In this document: positions 44,582 to 47,318 of the stretch, piece by piece
How positions within the stretch are numbered: position 1 is the stretch's first letter
Layout of the letters: every line of letters begins with the position of its first letter
From: Vulcanimicrobiales bacterium
GTDB lineage: Bacteria > Vulcanimicrobiota > Vulcanimicrobiia > Vulcanimicrobiales > Vulcanimicrobiaceae
Direction: 5' to 3'
Assembly: GCA_038231455.1 (NCBI GenBank)
Contig: JBBRLI010000022.1
Coordinates: 1 to 47,318, forward strand
DNA: 47,318 nt
Notes under the pieces: model-generated
The model's input: only the letters and a program-made list of their open reading frames with translations
Databases searched by the model: none
Told to the model about the DNA's origin: nothing
Made by a program: the position numbers and the translations under genes

Positions 44582-46144
44582 ATGCTGACCATGCCCAAGC
44601 CCTTCGTCAATGAAGTGATCCGGACGTTCGCCGACCCGGCTGACCGCGCGTCGATTGAGGCGGCGCTGATTCGTGCGCGCACGCGCTTGGGCGCGACCTA
44701 TCCGCTCGTGATCGGCGGCGAGAAGATCGCGACCAAAACGACGACCCCATCGCTGAACCCCTCCCATCCAAGCGAAGTCGTCGGGCACGTGGGCGAAGCA
44801 TCGCTCGAGCAGGCCGGCGAAGCGATTCGGGTCGCGACCGAACGCTTCGCGTCGTGGAAAAACGTCCCGTGGACCGAACGCGCCGAATTTCTCTTCCGCG
44901 CAGCGCAGGTCGTGCGCGAGCGCCGCGACGACTACAACGCGATCATGGTGCTGGAAGTCGGCAAGAGCTGGATCGAAGCCGACGCCGATACCGCCGAGGC
45001 AATGGACTTCCTCGAGTACTACGCGCGCGAGGCGCTGCGACTGGCAAGCCCAGCGCCGCTGATTCCCTCGCCGATGCCGGAAACAAACGAGCTCCGGTAC
45101 TTGCCGCTCGGCGTTGGTGCGGTGATCCCGCCCTGGAATTTCGCCTTCGCGATCATGGCCGGGATGACGGCGGCGGCGATCGTTACCGGGAACACCGTCG
45201 TACTCAAACCCTCACCCGACGCGGCGGTCGTTGCGGCGCAGTTCGTCGATCTGATGCACGAGCTTGGGTTACCAAATGGGGTGATCAACTATGTGCCGGG
45301 GGATGGCCCGACGGTCGGCGAGTTTATCGTCACCGACCCGCGGATACGGTTCATCTCGTTCACCGGGTCAAAAACCGTGGGTCTTCGGATTAACGAGCTT
45401 GCCGCAAAGACGCCCCCGGGCCAGAAGTGGATCAAGCGGGTCGTGGCCGAGCTCGGCGGCAAGGACGCAATCATCGTCGCGGATGATGCTGATATAGAAG
45501 AAGCATCGTCCGGCGTCGTGGCCTCGGCGTTTGGCTTTGCCGGCCAGAAGTGCTCGGCTTGCTCGCGAGCGATCGTGGACGCCAAGGTCTACGACCGCTT
45601 CCTTGAAGCGGTCGTGAAGAAGGCCGAGGCCCTTATCACCGGCGACCCGGTCGAGGCCAAGACCTACATGGGCCCGGTCATCAACCAGAAAGCCGTGGAC
45701 CGCATTGCTTCTTATATAGAGAGAGCGCGAAGCGAGAGCCGCCTCATCGCCGGTGGGAAGCGCCTGGAGCATGAAGGCTATTTCTTCGAGCCCACGATTT
45801 TCGCCGACGTCAATCCCAAGAGCCGGCTTGCCCAAGAGGAAGTTTTCGGCCCCGTTTTGGCCGTCATCAAGGCGGCGGACTTCGAGGATGCCTTGCGCAT
45901 CGCGAACGACACCGATTACGGCCTCACGGGGGCCGTCTATTCCAAGGATCCGACCCGCCTCGATCGCGCGGCGGACGAGTTCTTCGTCGGGAATCTCTAT
46001 CTGAACCGCAAGTGCACCGGGGCGCTCGTCGGAGTTCATCCATTCGGCGGGTTCAATCTCTCGGGCACCGACTCGAAGGCCGGCGGTTACGATTACCTCC
46101 TCTTTTTCGTCCAGGCAAAGGCGATCGCGCGCAAGACGGGCTAG
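44582..46144 (+). CDS. pruA: L-glutamate gamma-semialdehyde (P5C) dehydrogenase, monofunctional
   Basis: PFVNE, EADADTAEAMDFLEYY, IPPWNF, ELGGK, AFGFAGQKCSACSR, LYLNRKCTGALVGVHPFGGF..SGT.SKAGG. Confidence 0.93.
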   Translation: MLTMPKPFVNEVIRTFADPADRASIEAALIRARTRLGATYPLVIGGEKIATKTTTPSLNPSHPSEVVGHVGEASLEQAGEAIRVATERFASWKNVPWTERAEFLFRAAQVVRERRDDYNAIMVLEVGKSWIEADADTAEAMDFLEYYAREALRLASPAPLIPSPMPETNELRYLPLGVGAVIPPWNFAFAIMAGMTAAAIVTGNTVVLKPSPDAAVVAAQFVDLMHELGLPNGVINYVPGDGPTVGEFIVTDPRIRFISFTGSKTVGLRINELAAKTPPGQKWIKRVVAELGGKDAIIVADDADIEEASSGVVASAFGFAGQKCSACSRAIVDAKVYDRFLEAVVKKAEALITGDPVEAKTYMGPVINQKAVDRIASYIERARSESRLIAGGKRLEHEGYFFEPTIFADVNPKSRLAQEEVFGPVLAVIKAADFEDALRIANDTDYGLTGAVYSKDPTRLDRAADEFFVGNLYLNRKCTGALVGVHPFGGFNLSGTDSKAGGYDYLLFFVQAKAIARKTG

Positions 46145-46198
46145 CCTCGCAACGCCTCCGCCTCCAGCAGCGTTACATACTCGGGGAGAGTTACGAAT

Positions 46199-46426
46199 AT
46201 GAAACGCAAACGCAAGCGAATCGAACCGCCGGCAGTAGCGGTTGAGCTCGGGCGCCTGGGGCCCCCGACGAACCTGCGGCCGGCTGGCGCATTCCGGGAT
46301 CGCCGCCGTACCACACGTGCCGCCCATAAGGCCGCCTTAAACAAGGCGGCCTTTGACGTTCCCGCCCTCGCGGTGGAAGTTATCCCCACCCCCGTTGTGG
46401 ATAACATGCCCGCTTTGCCCCCGTAG
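46199..46426 (+). CDS. Small basic hypothetical protein
   Basis: 75-aa Arg/Lys-rich ORF with GGAG upstream; the 3' part overlaps DnaA boxes. Confidence 0.4.
   Translation: MKRKRKRIEPPAVAVELGRLGPPTNLRPAGAFRDRRRTTRAAHKAALNKAAFDVPALAVEVIPTPVVDNMPALPP
46380..46404. promoter_or_regulatory. Pair of DnaA boxes
   Basis: TTATCCCCA (46380-88, one mismatch) and TGTGGATAA (46396-404, perfect reverse complement of TTATCCACA). Confidence 0.65.
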
Positions 46427-46496
46427 CGGGCGTGTGGGGATGGGAAGTTCCAACCACCCACTTTTTGGGTATTTTCGAGAACCTAGGCCGAAACGC

Positions 46497-46525
46497 TTGA
46501 CTTCGCTTGTCGGGGGTGATAAATT
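46497..46525 (+). promoter_or_regulatory. rrn promoter
   Basis: TTGACT-N17-TAAATT with extended -10 TGn. Confidence 0.75.
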
Positions 46526-46603
46526 AGCTTCCGTTGGCTCTGACGTTTCGCTCCTACGGTGCGGTCAGTGATCCGGTCCGAAAAGGGCTTGGCGTTAGCG
46601 TCC

Positions 46604-46623
46604 GTTCCTTGAAAACTAAACAG
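46604..46623 (+). promoter_or_regulatory. rrn leader boxA / processing-stem motif
   Basis: GTTCCTTGAAAACTAAACAG resembles the conserved GTTCTTTGAAAACT leader motif. Confidence 0.75.
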
Positions 46624-46879
46624 TGCAGTAGCGCATAAGTCTGTGGGTCTCCGGCCCGTGTACAGATATGAAGCGCCGAAAGGCGTTTTTTACTTTGTCC
46701 ACTGGTTTGAGAAATCGTTCAGTGCGTCTCGTGATACCAGCTCCACTGGTCATCGAGAAACGGCTGGACAAACAAGTTTATGACGAGGTCGGATCCTGGG
46801 GATTCGGCTCGATTGGGTTCGCACCCGATCGTTAAATCGTCAGCGATGGTTGAGAGCTTATTAAAAGCTCCATAAGTTT

Positions 46880-47318
<439 letters not shown>

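Noticed and set aside
46380-46470. oriC
   Set aside because: Only two clear DnaA boxes, no AT-rich unwinding element, and no dnaA/dnaN nearby.

Overview
GC-rich bacterial chromosomal window running from the 3' end of rpsM (S13) to the 5' part of a 16S rRNA gene. Lineage is only an inference: the gene repertoire (copper-amine-oxidase-N/beta-barrel protein, TonB-C protein, actinobacterial-type bcc-aa3 in an apparent diderm) resembles Eremiobacterota/Vulcanimicrobiota. The normally contiguous rpsM-rpsK-rpsD-rpoA-rplQ block is split by about 27 kb. The last codons of rpsM recur as direct repeats at 2447-2472 and 16769-16847, the latter with a decayed copy of the terminator. These repeats delimit two tandem, integrase-less cargo blocks: (1) an Mrp-DUF971 + NifU Fe-S carrier pair, and (2) a GntR/crotonase/MFS/ALDH catabolic unit plus a complete bcc-aa3-type respiratory cluster with an embedded gluconate-2-dehydrogenase-like GMC enzyme. 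Further on are assorted accessory genes (TonB-C, VOC, fasciclin, PAS-GGDEF-EAL, OCD, bluB, NmrA/HxlR) and an ice-binding DUF3494 lipoprotein paired with a beta-barrel protein. Then come rpsK-rpsD-rpoA-rplQ with its own promoter and structured leader, a complete trpEGDCFBA operon preceded by an unannotated MGSALWLW leader peptide, a Liv-type ABC transporter, SDR, lhgO, a Thr/Ser-rich orphan with a sigma28-like promoter, P5C dehydrogenase, DnaA boxes and the rrn promoter/leader. No tRNA, CRISPR, integrase or transposase was seen. All calls are by eye from motifs; no database searches were run.
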